This document shows positions 1-13,292 of a stretch of 64,000 bases of DNA, piece after piece. Origin of the DNA: Laetmonice hystrix (Eukaryota); the NCBI GenBank assembly GCA_965235115.1, contig OZ249443.1:12648001-12712000 (forward strand). The letters run 5' to 3'. The notes beneath the pieces are model-generated. The model was not told the DNA's origin, did no database searches, and was given only the letters and a program-made list of their open reading frames with translations. Numbering within the stretch: position 1 is the stretch's first letter; each line of letters begins with the position of its first letter. The position numbers were made by a program, and so were the translations under genes.

Positions 1-427
1 CACCTTTGGCTGTCTTCTTCATCGTATATAGTAAAAACGCTGCGAGTAAAAACCCAACCCCAGCAGCAGCAGTAACACGGGCACGTCGGGCAAGACCACT
101 AAAAGCATTCGGTAAAATGAGGGATTCTGACACTAGTCGAGACGGACCGTCTACCACGCGCACACACGCCGACACGCAGGCAAGGCACGACTCGTGCCTG
201 AGGGCACTCACCACTACTTTACACCGACCACCCCACGGTCCCACACGGCCGTGCTCCCCGCCAACCCTACAGCCAACCCTGAAGGGACCACTGCAGCGAC
301 ACCTACTGGCCACCACACGCACACCAATAGAACCAGGATGTCTCACCTCCGATCAGCAAGATTCGCTGGAATCCATCTGTAACTGCCGTCCTTCGCCCAA
401 CTACAACAGCAACAGCAAAACACTAAC

Positions 428-503
428 TTTCTCCCTCTCTCTCTTTCTCTCTATATTATTTCTCTCTTCCTCTCTCTTTCTCTCTCTCGTTCTGTCTTTC
501 TCT
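428..503. repeat. Imperfect (CT)n microsatellite
   Basis: CT-rich tract. Confidence 0.85.
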
Positions 504-1378
504 ATGCCTTTTTTTGGCCGAGGTGGTATCCATGTTTTTTTTATCATTTAAAGATGGGAATCCACTCTTAAGATTTGCTGGATTCCCTCCCCGATTCTGG
601 AAATGATTCCATCCTTTAAACTTCCAAGTCAGAGTGAATTTCTACCTTTAAATTATAAATGGGGAGGACGCCGGGAGGAGAACCGCCTGGAGCTGTTTTA
701 AGAGTGTGAATTCGTAGTTTCTAGTTCTATGTACATGGATGCATGCTTGCATGCTACCTGTAAGGCAACACACTATACTAGGTTTGACTGCATGGTTATC
801 CCAGCAGCCACTGCGAGTGAAATTAATCTTTTAATGTACATCACAGACATTATATACTGAAGCCTCCTGGACAGGTTCTCCCCTCTTCCATAACAGAAGG
901 TATGCAAACTTTGTTGGCACGTCTGTAAAAGCTATTTGCGTTACGGGAAGCCATCAATCATTATGTAATTACGCCAAGTGGGATGCCTCTGTACATATTA
1001 ACACAATGCATTTTTCTCAAATCCCCATGCTATAAAGCACAAAACCTTTTTCACTAAAAGCATTTTGCTTATTTTCTTTCTTTGACTGATTTGAAAAATT
1101 AACTTTCTTTGTATCTCTTTGTACCGTTTATACCGTAAATAAACTTTTTGTGGATCTATTTGGAAGATTAAAATGAACTGCTTATACATTGCTGGGTGAA
1201 GGTGAAGTATAATATTATGGATTACCACGGGATGAAAAATGTCAAGTCATGCCTTTCCATTCTACAGAATTTAACACTATTTTTTATGCGTATAAACTTT
1301 GAAATTTACGGGAATTAATGTTTTTCTGTTCTTTGGTGTTTTTCTTTCGCCATACAGGTTAGACTAGGAATAGACTAC

Positions 1379-1612
1379 CCATTGCCATCCCAGTCCCATT
1401 GCCACCCACCCAGTTTCTTGCTGTTGGCCATTATCGTCACCACCCATCCAGTGCCGTTGTTGTTTCTGTTGACCCAGTGCCGTTGCCACCCATCCAGTCC
1501 CGTTGCCACCCATCCAGTTTCGTTCTTGTAACCGCTGGCGCAGTCCCGTTGCCACCCACCCAGTACCGTTGCCACCCATCCAGTACCGTTGCCACCCATC
1601 CAGTGCCGTTGT
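1379..1612. repeat. Degenerate ~20-bp minisatellite (CCGTTGCCACCCATCCAGT)
   Basis: Repeated motif with variable spacers. Confidence 0.85.
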
Positions 1613-2638
1613 TGCAGTTGGCGGTGTCATTCTGCCTCCTAACCTCAGCCCTTGACCAGTGAGCGCTGATTTCTGTCGCTGCCCATTGTCCTTCAAGAAC
1701 CGGTCACTTGGCCGTCCGATCGCATTACTACCCAAACCACAGAGGCCCACGTCTCCTTTCCAAGTCAAATATGTACGTTCTCACCTCTATTTCTTCGGTC
1801 AACTGAACTCGCCGTCTAAAATTACATTGCATCTGAATGGCATATCGACGAAGCTATAGAATGTGCTGGAGTCACATTCAGTGGACCTGCCTAGGATATA
1901 AAATCGACCATTGTGAGATTGTTCTAGGACCCAAACACTGTTCAAGCCATTCACAGCTGTAGAGAGGTAGCAGTAGGTTCAACGTAAACACGATGACCTT
2001 TGCCGAGTAGTTCATAGTTCAATATTAGCAAGTATTGTTTCGGATTTGCCGACCCCTTTGTTTGAGTGCGTTAAGCTTCTCGGAGAAAGGATATTGAAAC
2101 TTATATAGGCCTCAAGTTTTCAATATGTATCTGAGGCCGTAAAAATATTAAAAAATCAAGATAAAGTCAGTACTAACTAGAGTTGATCACACAGGGCTAG
2201 ATCTCTGGGTATTAATTTGACCTCTCCGCGACCCGAGAACCCGCTAAATCCAGACGCTATAGACGTCCTTAGTTTTCAACCCTATTTGTGAGAGTAGGGG
2301 ATACAGCACCTGTCACACGCAGCTAATACCCCTTGATACATTCTGAAACGTTCTTCTTAAATCGTCGTCACTTGAAACTCGCTTTGTCAGACATTGGGAC
2401 TCCGATTTCTGTTCATCCACACGAGGCAAGGTGTTGTGAAGGGATTAAAACGAGCTCTTTCAAGGCATCTGAGGAATCTGGTGGCGATTTCTTATACACA
2501 GATAAACTAGGTCTGAAGTAGTTTATGTAGTGATAGTGGAGAAACCAAGCCCCAGGATCTGCTGAACGTGTAGACAATAGATCCACCACTAAAGGTAGTC
2601 CTCCGGTATTCTATCAGTCCATAGACACCACGTGCCGG

Positions 2639-3060
2639 TCAAGCAGCTGAATGCCCTATTGGCTTGGTTTCGGTGTTAGAAGGATCTCCACCGGAGCCCA
2701 AGGGGACCCAAGGAGCTCGCAAGAGTTTGGCTGCAACAGATCGCTCTAAGCCGAGTAACAAGTTAATCACGGCCTCAGCATGAGGGCGTTTGTCCGGAGT
2801 GCAGCCGTGCACCGTCCGTGTCAATAGGCGAGGGGGTTCCCTCACAGCACAATCACAGCTTTCTATTGACAGGTGTACAAAGGGGGTTGGCCGCCCGGCC
2901 GCTGTCTGCATGGCCAGGGGCGGTGATCTATGGCACGGCTATGTGCCTCCAGACTGACAATCCCACTTAGGACGAGGCCAACGGACGGGGTGACAGAGAA
3001 AAAACTTTTCTATGAGGGTGGTCCGTTGGTAATGACCACAGTGAGATGAGAGAGGGTAGG
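2639..3060 (-). mobile_element. Highly decayed L1/Tx1-like ORF2 C-terminal relic
   Basis: PKWD...LAMQTAAGR...VINLLLGL resembles, from memory, the Tx1 post-RT region; stop codons present. Confidence 0.35.
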
Positions 3061-5589
3061 GGTGGGGTAGTGGCGTTTAATGTTGGAGTATCTGGGAGTA
3101 TGGCTTACTAACACGTAGCATTGTGAGAGAGGTGTGACTTATAGATGTGAAACTTTAAGGGACAAGTCGTTAATGATGCTGACCGCAGTCTCTGACTCTG
3201 ACTCTCTCTGTCACCCCCACCCCGGTTCCATCCATTTCCGGGTCCAAACACAGACCCTCATCAGCACGTCAACCACACTGGGGGAGGGTTGAAGGGCAAT
3301 AAGTCACCATTCTTCTTCGGGGTCCACAGTTAACACCTCGCAAACAGCGGGGTGGACAGTGAAATAAAAGCCCCAGGACAATGGTCACATGACCTGTTCA
3401 TTGGAGGTGTGATAGGCCCGTCTCCGGGCCCACGTGTCGGGAGGAAGGTCACAGGTCAAACCAGGAAGGGACCCGGGCCGTCCTCACGTGGCGTCTTCCT
3501 GAGCCACCTGATGAAGCACGTGGCATGAAGCATGAAGTGTCGGTGCAGGGTGGTCGCCGGGTGGCCATCTGGACCTGGGAACACGCGCCTTGAACGTCAC
3601 AATGAGAGCAGTGGGGTGCGGGGTGGGGGTTGCTGGGGGCAGGATGGGTGAGGGCAGGGGGGCTGTGGTCGCCCCCGCGCCCCACCGGGGGTACTCTTTA
3701 TACCCCGCTGATACGAACAACAACAATGCCTGGCCCATCTCCCTCCACCCTCTGGCCTAATCAGATAACAAAGCTCACAGACACATCAAAGACCAATGAT
3801 GGGGCATGGCAAGCCTTGTGTTCCACCCCGCTTCATAAGTCAGCACCCTTTACGACCAATTAAACAGTCATTTGTCTTTTTGTCCGGCTACAAGCCACTT
3901 ATCTATGCTCAACTTGCTCTACTTTGTGCGCGGATATATGTCACCACCTTCGTACCAAGCGCCATTGTGAAAGGTAAATCTGTCGCTTTGCTAGATGTCA
4001 GAGAAACTAAATAATGATAAAGCATGACATTCTTTAGCGTTTCACTGGGAGTCATGACCCCCCCCCCCCCCCCCACTCCCAGCTCATTATGCCAGGCAAG
4101 CAACCATCTTAAAATATTGAAGTTTTTCCATCAAACGCGGGCCCTTTAACTAAGTTTAAGATATACGAATAATTTCGAAGGCGACCTCTGTTAAATTCAT
4201 CCGATGACTAACTTTGATGCGCAAAAGTTAGTTAGATATTGAGTAGGCCTACTGCACAAGGTAAAAACCGTCTCCCGTAGGGCATTTTGTACCTCTGAAA
4301 CCTTAAAAAAAGGAGAACAAATTAGTTTTTTTTAATATCACTATGGAAATCACCCCATCTGTCCTTCCCAGTTATTAAGGTTTCTTCCTATTGTCTGTCC
4401 CGAAAATCGAGAGTATATACCCGAGTTCATCTGATATCTGCTCATCTCTAGCTCTTCTCGTGCTCCTCTCGTCCAGATGGTGGAGGGGTCTCCTTCCATT
4501 GACAACCAGGTGTGCCCTGCTAATGAATTGGACTGAATGGACGTGCAGTCCGTATAGAAAATATTACTTCAAGGGTGCTTACATCGGCCTTGGCGGCCCC
4601 GGCATATGGGTGGGCGATAATAGGGCGCACAGAGTGGAAAGTGTTTGTGTGGTGTGCTCGGTCACACTCCTACTGAATCAGGTCACTGAAAGGCATGCCG
4701 GGAATAACACCGAGTACCAGTCTTGTGCCCCATCAAACTGGACCAAAGTATTTGGTGGGACAATGGTGAGGCAGAAAGGGTTCATGTGGGGTGTTACAGT
4801 GCCCAGACAACTTCTCGACAAGTTGATTCAGCGGTGAATTTATAACTGTTGGCACACACAACAAATCACATTCGATCACGTGATATCAACCAAAGTTGAT
4901 ACTTGCCTGATGAGAGAGAGTCACTAACTCATGAACAACGACTCCAGAGGTGAAAAGGGTCTCACTGAATTACTACTCAAACCTGTTATCTCAAAGTAAG
5001 GATGGTCAGTTTAATTAATCTAATATAATAATTTATTCATGCAGTTCGTTCTTCATTCGCGGGTATTAGTAGCATTTTCTATGCCCCTATTTCACCAGGG
5101 GGTTATGTATTGAGAATATAATCCAGGAAAATATTTTATTTCTTCATTCAAGTGTCTGTTAAACTCGCTATCTAAAAATGACACAAACTCATTTACAGTG
5201 GATCCATAGACTTCGTGTCGAACTTCAGCCTGTAGTTTTCATCCATGATGTACTTGCCCCTAAACTTTTGTGTTTTTTTTCACAGTTTACTCAGCATCCA
5301 TCATGCATTGTGTCTGTGCTTCCCAGTGCCGGGTGTCACGAATAAAGCTCTTTTCTTCCCTCCCCGGAGAGGGGCGGCGGGGGGGGGGGGGGTGTACTCT
5401 ACCTGTCCCTCACATTTGACCGCTTCCAGGCCCTACCGTTCTCCAGCGATCAACCAATGCTCCCAGCCTTCCTCCAGACTTTGCATTGGTTCGCCCATGA
5501 CCTTTTTGCGCGACAATGACCTTTTCGGTGGCGCTATCCATCAGGATCGTCTGCCAACAGGTGTCGCGCCAGTCGCTGACGACAAACAG

Positions 5590-6050
5590 TGTCCCGCCCC
5601 CTAGCGGCCGGTCAACACTACCACCTGGATTACCTCCGTCCGGTAATATCCACTCCCCCCGACTCCAGCTCCCAGCCCCACCCTGACACACACCTCCACC
5701 CCCCGCCAAGGCCTTGTCTCGGCCCTCAGCCTCCACAATCACCACCTGGAAGTGGACAGTTGTCACCATGGCTACCAACATCGGACCAGGAACGGTGACG
5801 CTGTGACAACAAACCTTAACTGGACGCACACGCACGACTAAAAGCTGAGTGCTGCCTAAGATGTCCAGACGTTTCGCAAACAGAAATCTAGAAGAGGCCA
5901 AACATTTTTCTTTGTGAGGCTGTGGAGTTTTAGTTGGATTGTACTTGTCTGGAGTTAGGCTGCTTTGAGCAGGCGGGCTACAGGTGTTCAAGAGATTTGT
6001 ACAACGGGACACATTGACAATTGATCTAGATATAGCATTTTTGCAGTTCT
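5590..6050 (+). mobile_element. Highly decayed L1/Tx1-like ORF2 C-terminal relic
   Basis: WKWTVVTMATN and CCLRCP..TE in different frames resemble the Tx1 'WRIVHGAIATN...CPFC..ET' region. Confidence 0.3.
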
Positions 6051-6185
6051 CACTATTCGATAATACATAAATACGTCGCATTTCATGCAAATACTATCAG
6101 TCACCTCATTTTTCCGCTGAGGCTTGTTCTCGAATTTTTAAAAGTAATAGGTGTACACCCATACGGCAGATCTTTCTTTATTATG

Positions 6186-6305
6186 GTGAGCCCACTGGCA
6201 AAAGGACATTTTTACTTTTTTTTATATGGTCCACTGGTAAAAGGACATTTTTTTCTTTGTTTATATATAGTGAGCCCACTGGTAAAAGGACATTTTTACT
6301 TTGTT
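6186..6305. repeat. Short tandem repeat, 3 copies of CCACTGGTAAAAGGACATTTTT
   Basis: Directly visible. Confidence 0.8.
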
Positions 6306-8014
6306 TCGTGCGAATGTTTGTAGATTTCTTGGAAATTTCTCCATTGGGACTTTTACTGTTTGATGCTTTTATTACTTTTCTTTTCGGCGAGATGGATAGG
6401 CTTGTCGGTTTCATTGGCATCTTATCCTTGACATACATCCTCTGCACTGACCGCCGTTTTTCGTACCCCCGAGTCAAAAGTAATATGGGGGGAAAACTTA
6501 GCATGATAACAAAACTTTTGGGGGGAATATTTGCTCTGCATATCTAGAGTTACAGTACTCATGCAGTTTGTAGGCCTAAATTGCATTGTCTGGAGTGCGG
6601 GCTGCTTGGCCGTTACAATGACTGTATTCAGAACGGCGTGCTGACAGCCAATGTCTGTGTTCACAGAACTGTTTGTGAACGAAATGTCATGGCACTGACA
6701 GCGTGTTTGACTAATGGTTCATAATGAGTACCTCACTGTGACCTTTTTATAATCTCAACTGATCATCTAAAGCACCAGACCAAGCTAACAACAGCGGAAC
6801 CCGCCTCTCTTTCATTCTCTCATCACTATGCGCAACTTTAAAATAATAAAATCTTCGCCTCTACTTCTGACCCAAGTCAGAGTGAAGAATGAATATGTAA
6901 ATTGTAAGAGTAATTACCCGCACTTTCTCACTAATTATGACTGACACGGGCCACAATTGAATGTTTAATTAATGAATTCCGGCATAATGAGTACAACCTG
7001 CAGCCTCCCATAGATGCCATCCTGCCACGTGCAGGACGGTGATATGCCATAGGACGACGAGCCGAATTACCAGCGTAATTACTCAAAATGACACCAACAC
7101 TTCCGTGTCTGGTCGCGAATTTGAATAACAAGAAGAACAACGAAACAAGAGGTCGATATTTTACATTTACATATTTGAAGAAGGAGCAAATGTTCGCCGG
7201 CCATCAGATAAAACATCAGATAAAACTCCTACAACTTATCAGTGGAAACGGCGCAGAAAAAGGTATTAGAGGGTGTATTATAATAAAAGTATACACTCAG
7301 AAAAATGACCGAGAAACGAACCTTTTCATTATTTTCATTTGTAAATAATGAAAGCTTCGTTTCTTGTTTATTTTTCTGAGTACAAAGCAAATACCCCCCC
7401 CCCCCCTCCACTTGCCCACAAACAGGAAAGGCAGAAAGAATCCCCCCATAAGTATTATAGCTATAGTGTAGATTGTTATTCACTTTGTACACATACTGTA
7501 GCACTCTATGATAGCAAGGCACTCACAAGCCATATCATTACAATCTTCACCAACAGAACGGCTTGCGAGGCAAATTAACAAATTGCGTGGGTTTTTTTCT
7601 GTTGCCCATTCCTCTCCCAAGTGTATACCTTCTAAATACCGTATACTCACAGCAATGAAATGGCTTCATCACCTTTTCATTAGTCTGGCTTCGTGGCATA
7701 CTCGCTTTGCTTCTAACTTGAATGAATCTGTGATTACATTGGGCGCTGGTCAATGTTGCCAGTCTGGCCTAGACCGACCTGGGTTACACGAGCCGTCTAT
7801 GGCTGTCACCGGTCAACATGCGAACTGTCACCTGGGACACGCAATCCGACCATTGTGGAGGCCAGTGCTGGCTGGTCAGACAACCCCGCTCCGGCCTTTG
7901 TAATTATGTTCTGTCTGGACGGTGGGGTGGGGGTGGGGTGAAAACATCCAGCGGGAAACAGGGGTGAACTGAGCTCGGTTTGTCATGGGACGGGAGGAGT
8001 CTATTTCTCCTCAG

Positions 8015-8170
8015 TCTCTCTCTCTCTCTCTCTCTCTCTATGTCTCTCTCCTGCTCTCTCTCTCTCTATGTCTCTGTCTCTGTATGTCTCTCTCGCTCTC
8101 GCTCTCTCTCTCTCTCTCTCTGTCTGTATGTCTCTCTCCTGCTCTCTCTCTATGTCTCTGTCTCTGTATG

Positions 8171-8238
<68 letters not shown>
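8015..8238. repeat. Compound (CT)n microsatellite with internal duplication
   Basis: Directly visible. Confidence 0.97.
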
Positions 8239-8241
<3 letters not shown>

Positions 8242-8282
8242 CAACAACGAAAAATGCAAGAAAAATTATTGTAGTTGCCTAA

Positions 8283-8467
8283 AGACCTAGACACACATGG
8301 GCGTCAAGCGGCAAGCGTCCAGCGTCATGACGCTCTGAATGCTCAACTAGTATGTTTTGTTACACCGTTCACATATGGGCGTCAAAAAACAACGCTTCCA
8401 TACTGAGCATTCAGAGCGTCATTTTCGCTTGACGCTCGACGCTTGCCGCCCATGTGTGTTTAGGCCT
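8283..8467. mobile_element. PIF/Harbinger-like MITE
   Basis: Imperfect TIRs AG(A/G)CCTA(G/A)ACACACATGGGCG..., internal inverted TGACGCTCTGAATGCTCA, TAA on both flanks (3-bp TSD). Confidence 0.7.
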
Positions 8468-8539
8468 TAAGTATGGAGGGTTGGTGGTAAACTCTGGTCA
8501 GTTTGGATTTTTATTTCTAATGCATTATCTAAAATCAAC

Positions 8540-8613
8540 GGTTTCGAAGTGTAGTGGTTATCACGTTCGCCTCACACGCGAAAGGTTCCGAGCGCTCGAA
8601 ACCCGGCGAAACC
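8540..8613 (+). tRNA. tRNA-Val(CAC)-like, probably a pseudogene
   Basis: Acceptor stem GGTTTCG/CGAAACC; D-arm GTGTAGTGGTTATCAC; anticodon arm TTCGC-CTCACAC-GCGAA; but U8->A and T-loop/B-box altered (GCGCTCGAAA). Confidence 0.75.
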
Positions 8614-8863
8614 TGACAAATCTTTTATGTGTACTGTTATCTTAGAGAGCGTCTCCATTGGTCCTCAGACATTTGACGAACAATTGTATTTGGCCTGTCG
8701 CCTATAGATGGCGGAGAACTCTTCAAGGCATTATTTTGAGAAGTGCAGAGTGATAAATTGCCCCTTCTTTCAGAGAAATGAGCTACATTTTATGCACGAT
8801 TGCACTTTCTTTGTTGTAACATCGGAAAGATGGAACCTCTGAATTGAACTAAACTCTAAATGA

Positions 8864-8987
8864 TACTACCTCACATTTAACATAACTCTTCATTCTTTAT
8901 GTACTAACCTTGTAAAGAATGTACATACTACCTCACATTTAACATAACTCTTCATTCTTTATGTACTAACCTTGTAAAGAATGTACA
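8864..8987. repeat. 62-bp direct tandem duplication
   Basis: 8864-8925 repeated at 8926-8987. Confidence 0.95.
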
Positions 8988-11900
8988 TGCGCGAAGCTCA
9001 AATGGTAGCAATATAGACGATAATTAGAGCCAACAATTCCAGCTGAATATTTGTTTCAAATTCAACACAAGACTAATTGAAAGTAAACAGAGGTGAATGC
9101 CTCCGCTACTCCAACTGCTTAATCTTCGCTCCTCAATTCCTTATGTTCTGTTCACCAAATACACAATCAGCCCCAGGAGAAGGTAAACCACAGAATTTCT
9201 GCAGTGATATTTTGTTACACCAATACCAACCCTTAATCTTAATCTTCAAAATTATATATGGCATCTCATGACATATTTAGTCCTCGTTAAATCCCAAATT
9301 CTTATTACGATCATAATCTAAAGTACAACTAGCGGTATTTTGCCAGTAGTTACTTTAGTTGGCGGGAAATGCTGCTCGGTATCACAGGAAACCATTCATT
9401 GCTGCGATTCCCAGAAGTCGTAGTCTCTTGAGACTCTTGATATATGTCATAATAATTCAGACACAACTTAAACTAGACCATCTATCCTTCGAACGTACTT
9501 ACCATACTTCAAGTCACCTATGTGACAGTGCATATATTTCGTGTCATTTTTTAAATACAAAATCCCCTGTGTAGTTAATCGTATCCACGCCCGAACTATT
9601 AAAGTTATTATTTTAACGTTCACATTGTATTTAACCCAACTCTCACAAAGGAAGACCATGGATGTCGAAGGCAGTGAAAGGAAAGATCGACATCTATATC
9701 ACAGCTCCTTTCTTACACCTTCATATTGTATGAATATTTAAAACGACATGATTAGTGCACACGTTCCATTGATTCAGCGCCGTGTACATATGTAGGCTAT
9801 TTCATTGATTCTTTGTCAGTTTTATACTCCTTGGGGACTCAAATCACAACAGCCAACCATGGAAGGGATGATGCTTTGATTTCCCCTGTGGTAGTCATTC
9901 CCACGGACAGTCAGTTCAATTCAGCATGATGACCGGCATAGTAACGGCTTTAAACTCATGCCCTCGGCTAATGTCAATAAACCACGCAAACTGACACGAC
10001 CTGCCCACGCGGAACGTCACGAGGAGAGTCTTTTCATATTAATTACAGGAGATTAAAGTTAATACGTTAAAAATACACGTCCGCATTCATATATAGTGTC
10101 TATACAAACATGTCTGTGTATTCAGTATAGGTGCAGGCTATATTACATTGCTAGCTCAGTTTCCCTAATTAAGTGGGTAGGCAAATTGGCAGGTGTATGA
10201 TTTAAAAAAAACAGAGTTAAGATTTTGTTTGTTTGTTGTTTTTTTTTAATTTTCATTTGGCGATGACTTCAGAAAGGTAACTCTTAGCAGTACTGAAGGA
10301 TGCTGAACTCTAGTGTTATACTGGCAAATAACACATCATCCGACCCAATAGAATTGTCCTCCACAGGGTCACACCCTCCCTTCCCTTACCCCCGGATAAA
10401 GGCCCTTATATTCATTGGGATACACAAACACCCTTGGGGCGTTTTCCCCATTAATTTCCTTCCCACACCCTCCGGACTGTCAGTCACCCTACGATCCGAT
10501 GACTCTCACCCAGTCACAAGACCCGTGTTTAATGGCAAATGACTGACTTTTATTTCAAATGTCAAGTGATGAAATCCTGCAGAGGCCAAACCTCAGATAT
10601 CCAGAACAACCCTGTCTGCCCGGCCATTGTTTACTGTCCACCCGACTCCTGACTCTATGAACGCTGCGGCCACCTCAAGTAGTCCCTTGACTCATTAACA
10701 TTTTCACTAATTACTTCAATCTACACTGAGCACGTCAAGAGGATATTGGACGAGAGGGAGGGTTGTGGGTGGAGGGGAGGGCCATATTGTAATTCCATAT
10801 TTCCAAGCTACCACGGCTGTGTAGAATGATGACACGTCATTGTCCTGCCGACGCCCCCTCTAGCGGTGGCCACCAGAGGCAGGTCAATCAGGATGGACCC
10901 TCTGCCCCCGTCATGAGACCCAGTGCCCTTGCAGTATTTTTTTCTCAAACAAAGCTACCCCTGCTGTGCCCACTGTGCCGAACAGTCAGACTACCCGAGC
11001 TCAGTGAAGCAGAAGCGATTTCTATTACATCTGACAACGTAGCCAAACAATCCAATCTGCATCAGGAATGTCTACAATTGAGCGCCATCATGCTCCACAG
11101 TGTTTTTTGGCTCTTCCCTTAATGAGACAAACTTGTCTGATTTCCTCAGAATCTCAATGACAATCAGTGAGTAAGTGATTAGTGGAGCCTGGTAATTAAC
11201 AGATCATGACTGGCCATGAGTTATCTGTGAAATATGAACGTTAATCACAATCTGACCACGACAAGAAGACTGCACACTACACTCACTATCCAGGCAACTA
11301 AGTTTAAAGTAGGAAGACTCGTTATTTTACATTACATGTGATTTCACAAATATCTACTGCATTATATACCCGTCTCCTTACATAGCGTAAACCATTAGAC
11401 AAATTTGTCTTTCTCTTGGGATTGATAGATATTTTTCTACATCTGGAACGGGACAGAATATGCACAGAATCAGGATGAAATATTGTTTGTTTTATCACTC
11501 GTTACTTGTAACTGTCGTAGTCGACCTCTCGTTGACCTCCAAATTATATTCCTCCACCGACATCGCGACTGAATTGATTATCGTATGCGAACGGTTTCTC
11601 TTCCATCCGGCAGATATAATATGTCATATAATCCTTATGACAGATTTAAGAGATTTTGTAGTGTTGCTAGCGTCTTTAGATAAGAATCAAGCCATATATT
11701 TTTCTTTTTAATTGAACACGTTCTTGAAAACTTTTCTAAGTGCAGGCTATTTTAGATATATCCTATATGTATTTAGTCTGAGCTTATCTTTAAAGATGTT
11801 TTTGTACCGTTATTAAGAAACCTAACACATGGTTTTTAAGCAGCAATATGATGATCATCAGGAGAGCTCCATGGCTCATAGAAAAACACCTTTCCCCGGA

Positions 11901-13007
11901 TATTGTTGTTTGGATACAAAGAAAGAATCGATGCGGGAACAACTCATTAACATACTGATCCCATGTATTTAATTAACACGGATCAATTATGGATTAGGTT
12001 TAATCCCAATAACCCAGATAACCTGAATAATCCCTGTACACCTGCAGTGGGTCAAGAATGTCCGGTGTTAATTACAAGAGGGTGAAGCAGAGTTTAATGA
12101 GTGCATACTGTCCTGACACTGTTGATGGTCTATGTATACACTTTCTGAAAGACATGCTGAACGTTTCTGCTGGAAATGGGTATTTCAGTGTAGGCATGGA
12201 AACGGATCAACACGAATAAATACAGAGAGATGGATGCCCTCCTTATGGTGTTTGGGATTAAATCATTTATACTGTCACCTTGAAGACTTAGAATATGTAT
12301 ACGACTGAAAATATAATGTTAAAGTGTACAAAATGGGCCGTCGGACCTTTGCCCTTACCCTACCATGGCCCTTACCCTACCATAGACCTACCATGGCCCT
12401 TACCCTACCATAGACCTACCATGGCCACTATCCTGGCTCAGTGCACCCTCCACTGTGTCGCTCACCCTGACCAGGTTGTAGTTACCATTTACATCCCTGG
12501 CAGCATCCATCCATCGTGATCTGTACGCAGGGTCCAGCCGACGCCAGTACCCCTTCTACCCATCCATTGTGTTTACACTGTGGGTGTGAAGGCTTGTACC
12601 CGCCACATCCATCACAACACACTCATCCATCCTCTAACTATTCAGGAATCCAGCTATCGCCAAATCCAGCAATAATCTACAGAACATCTAACAAAACAGC
12701 TGGGAAGAATAATCTCACTCCGAAATTTTACTGACCCTCACATTAAAAATCCACACATACATATAGAACAATATATAACAACAGTAGAAAAGACACATTT
12801 AAGATACATTAACATTATACGGAACTGTTGCCAAAATAATGCTAAGCGTCCTGTTTATAACACAAGTCTGTCGAGAAAGGAAGGCCACATTAATTGATGC
12901 ATTTATAGTATCGCGTGAGTCTGTGCCGTTTAGCTATTAGCCTTGCATCCCTCTACAACATGAGCCGTCGGATGATGTCCACACCCAAGGCATTCCACTG
13001 CTCTTTC

Positions 13008-13292
13008 CACCACTCTTCCAGCTCATCGACAGTTGCAGCAAGTATTTCCACCACTCTTCCAGCTCATCGACAGTTGCAGCAAGTATTTCCACCACTCTTC
13101 CAGCTCATCGACAGTTGCAGCAAGTATTTCCACCACTCTTCCAGCTCATCGACAGTTGCAGCAAGTATTTCCACTACTCTTCCAGCTCATCGACAGTTGC
13201 AGCAAGTAGTTCCACCACTCTTCCAGCTCATCGACAGTTGCAGCAAGTATTTCCACCACTCTTCCAGCTCATCGACAGTTGCAGCAAGTATT
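13008..13292. repeat. 41-bp minisatellite, ~7 copies
   Basis: CACCACTCTTCCAGCTCATCGACAGTTGCAGCAAGTATTTC. Confidence 0.97.

Noticed and set aside
6-551. 181-aa plus-strand ORF
   Set aside because: Non-ATG start, low complexity, runs into a CT microsatellite, no domain.
5410-6090. 226-aa minus-strand ORF
   Set aside because: No recognisable domain; antisense to a probable retroelement relic.
7980-8294. SL/RE-rich ORFs
   Set aside because: Translations of the (CT)n microsatellite.
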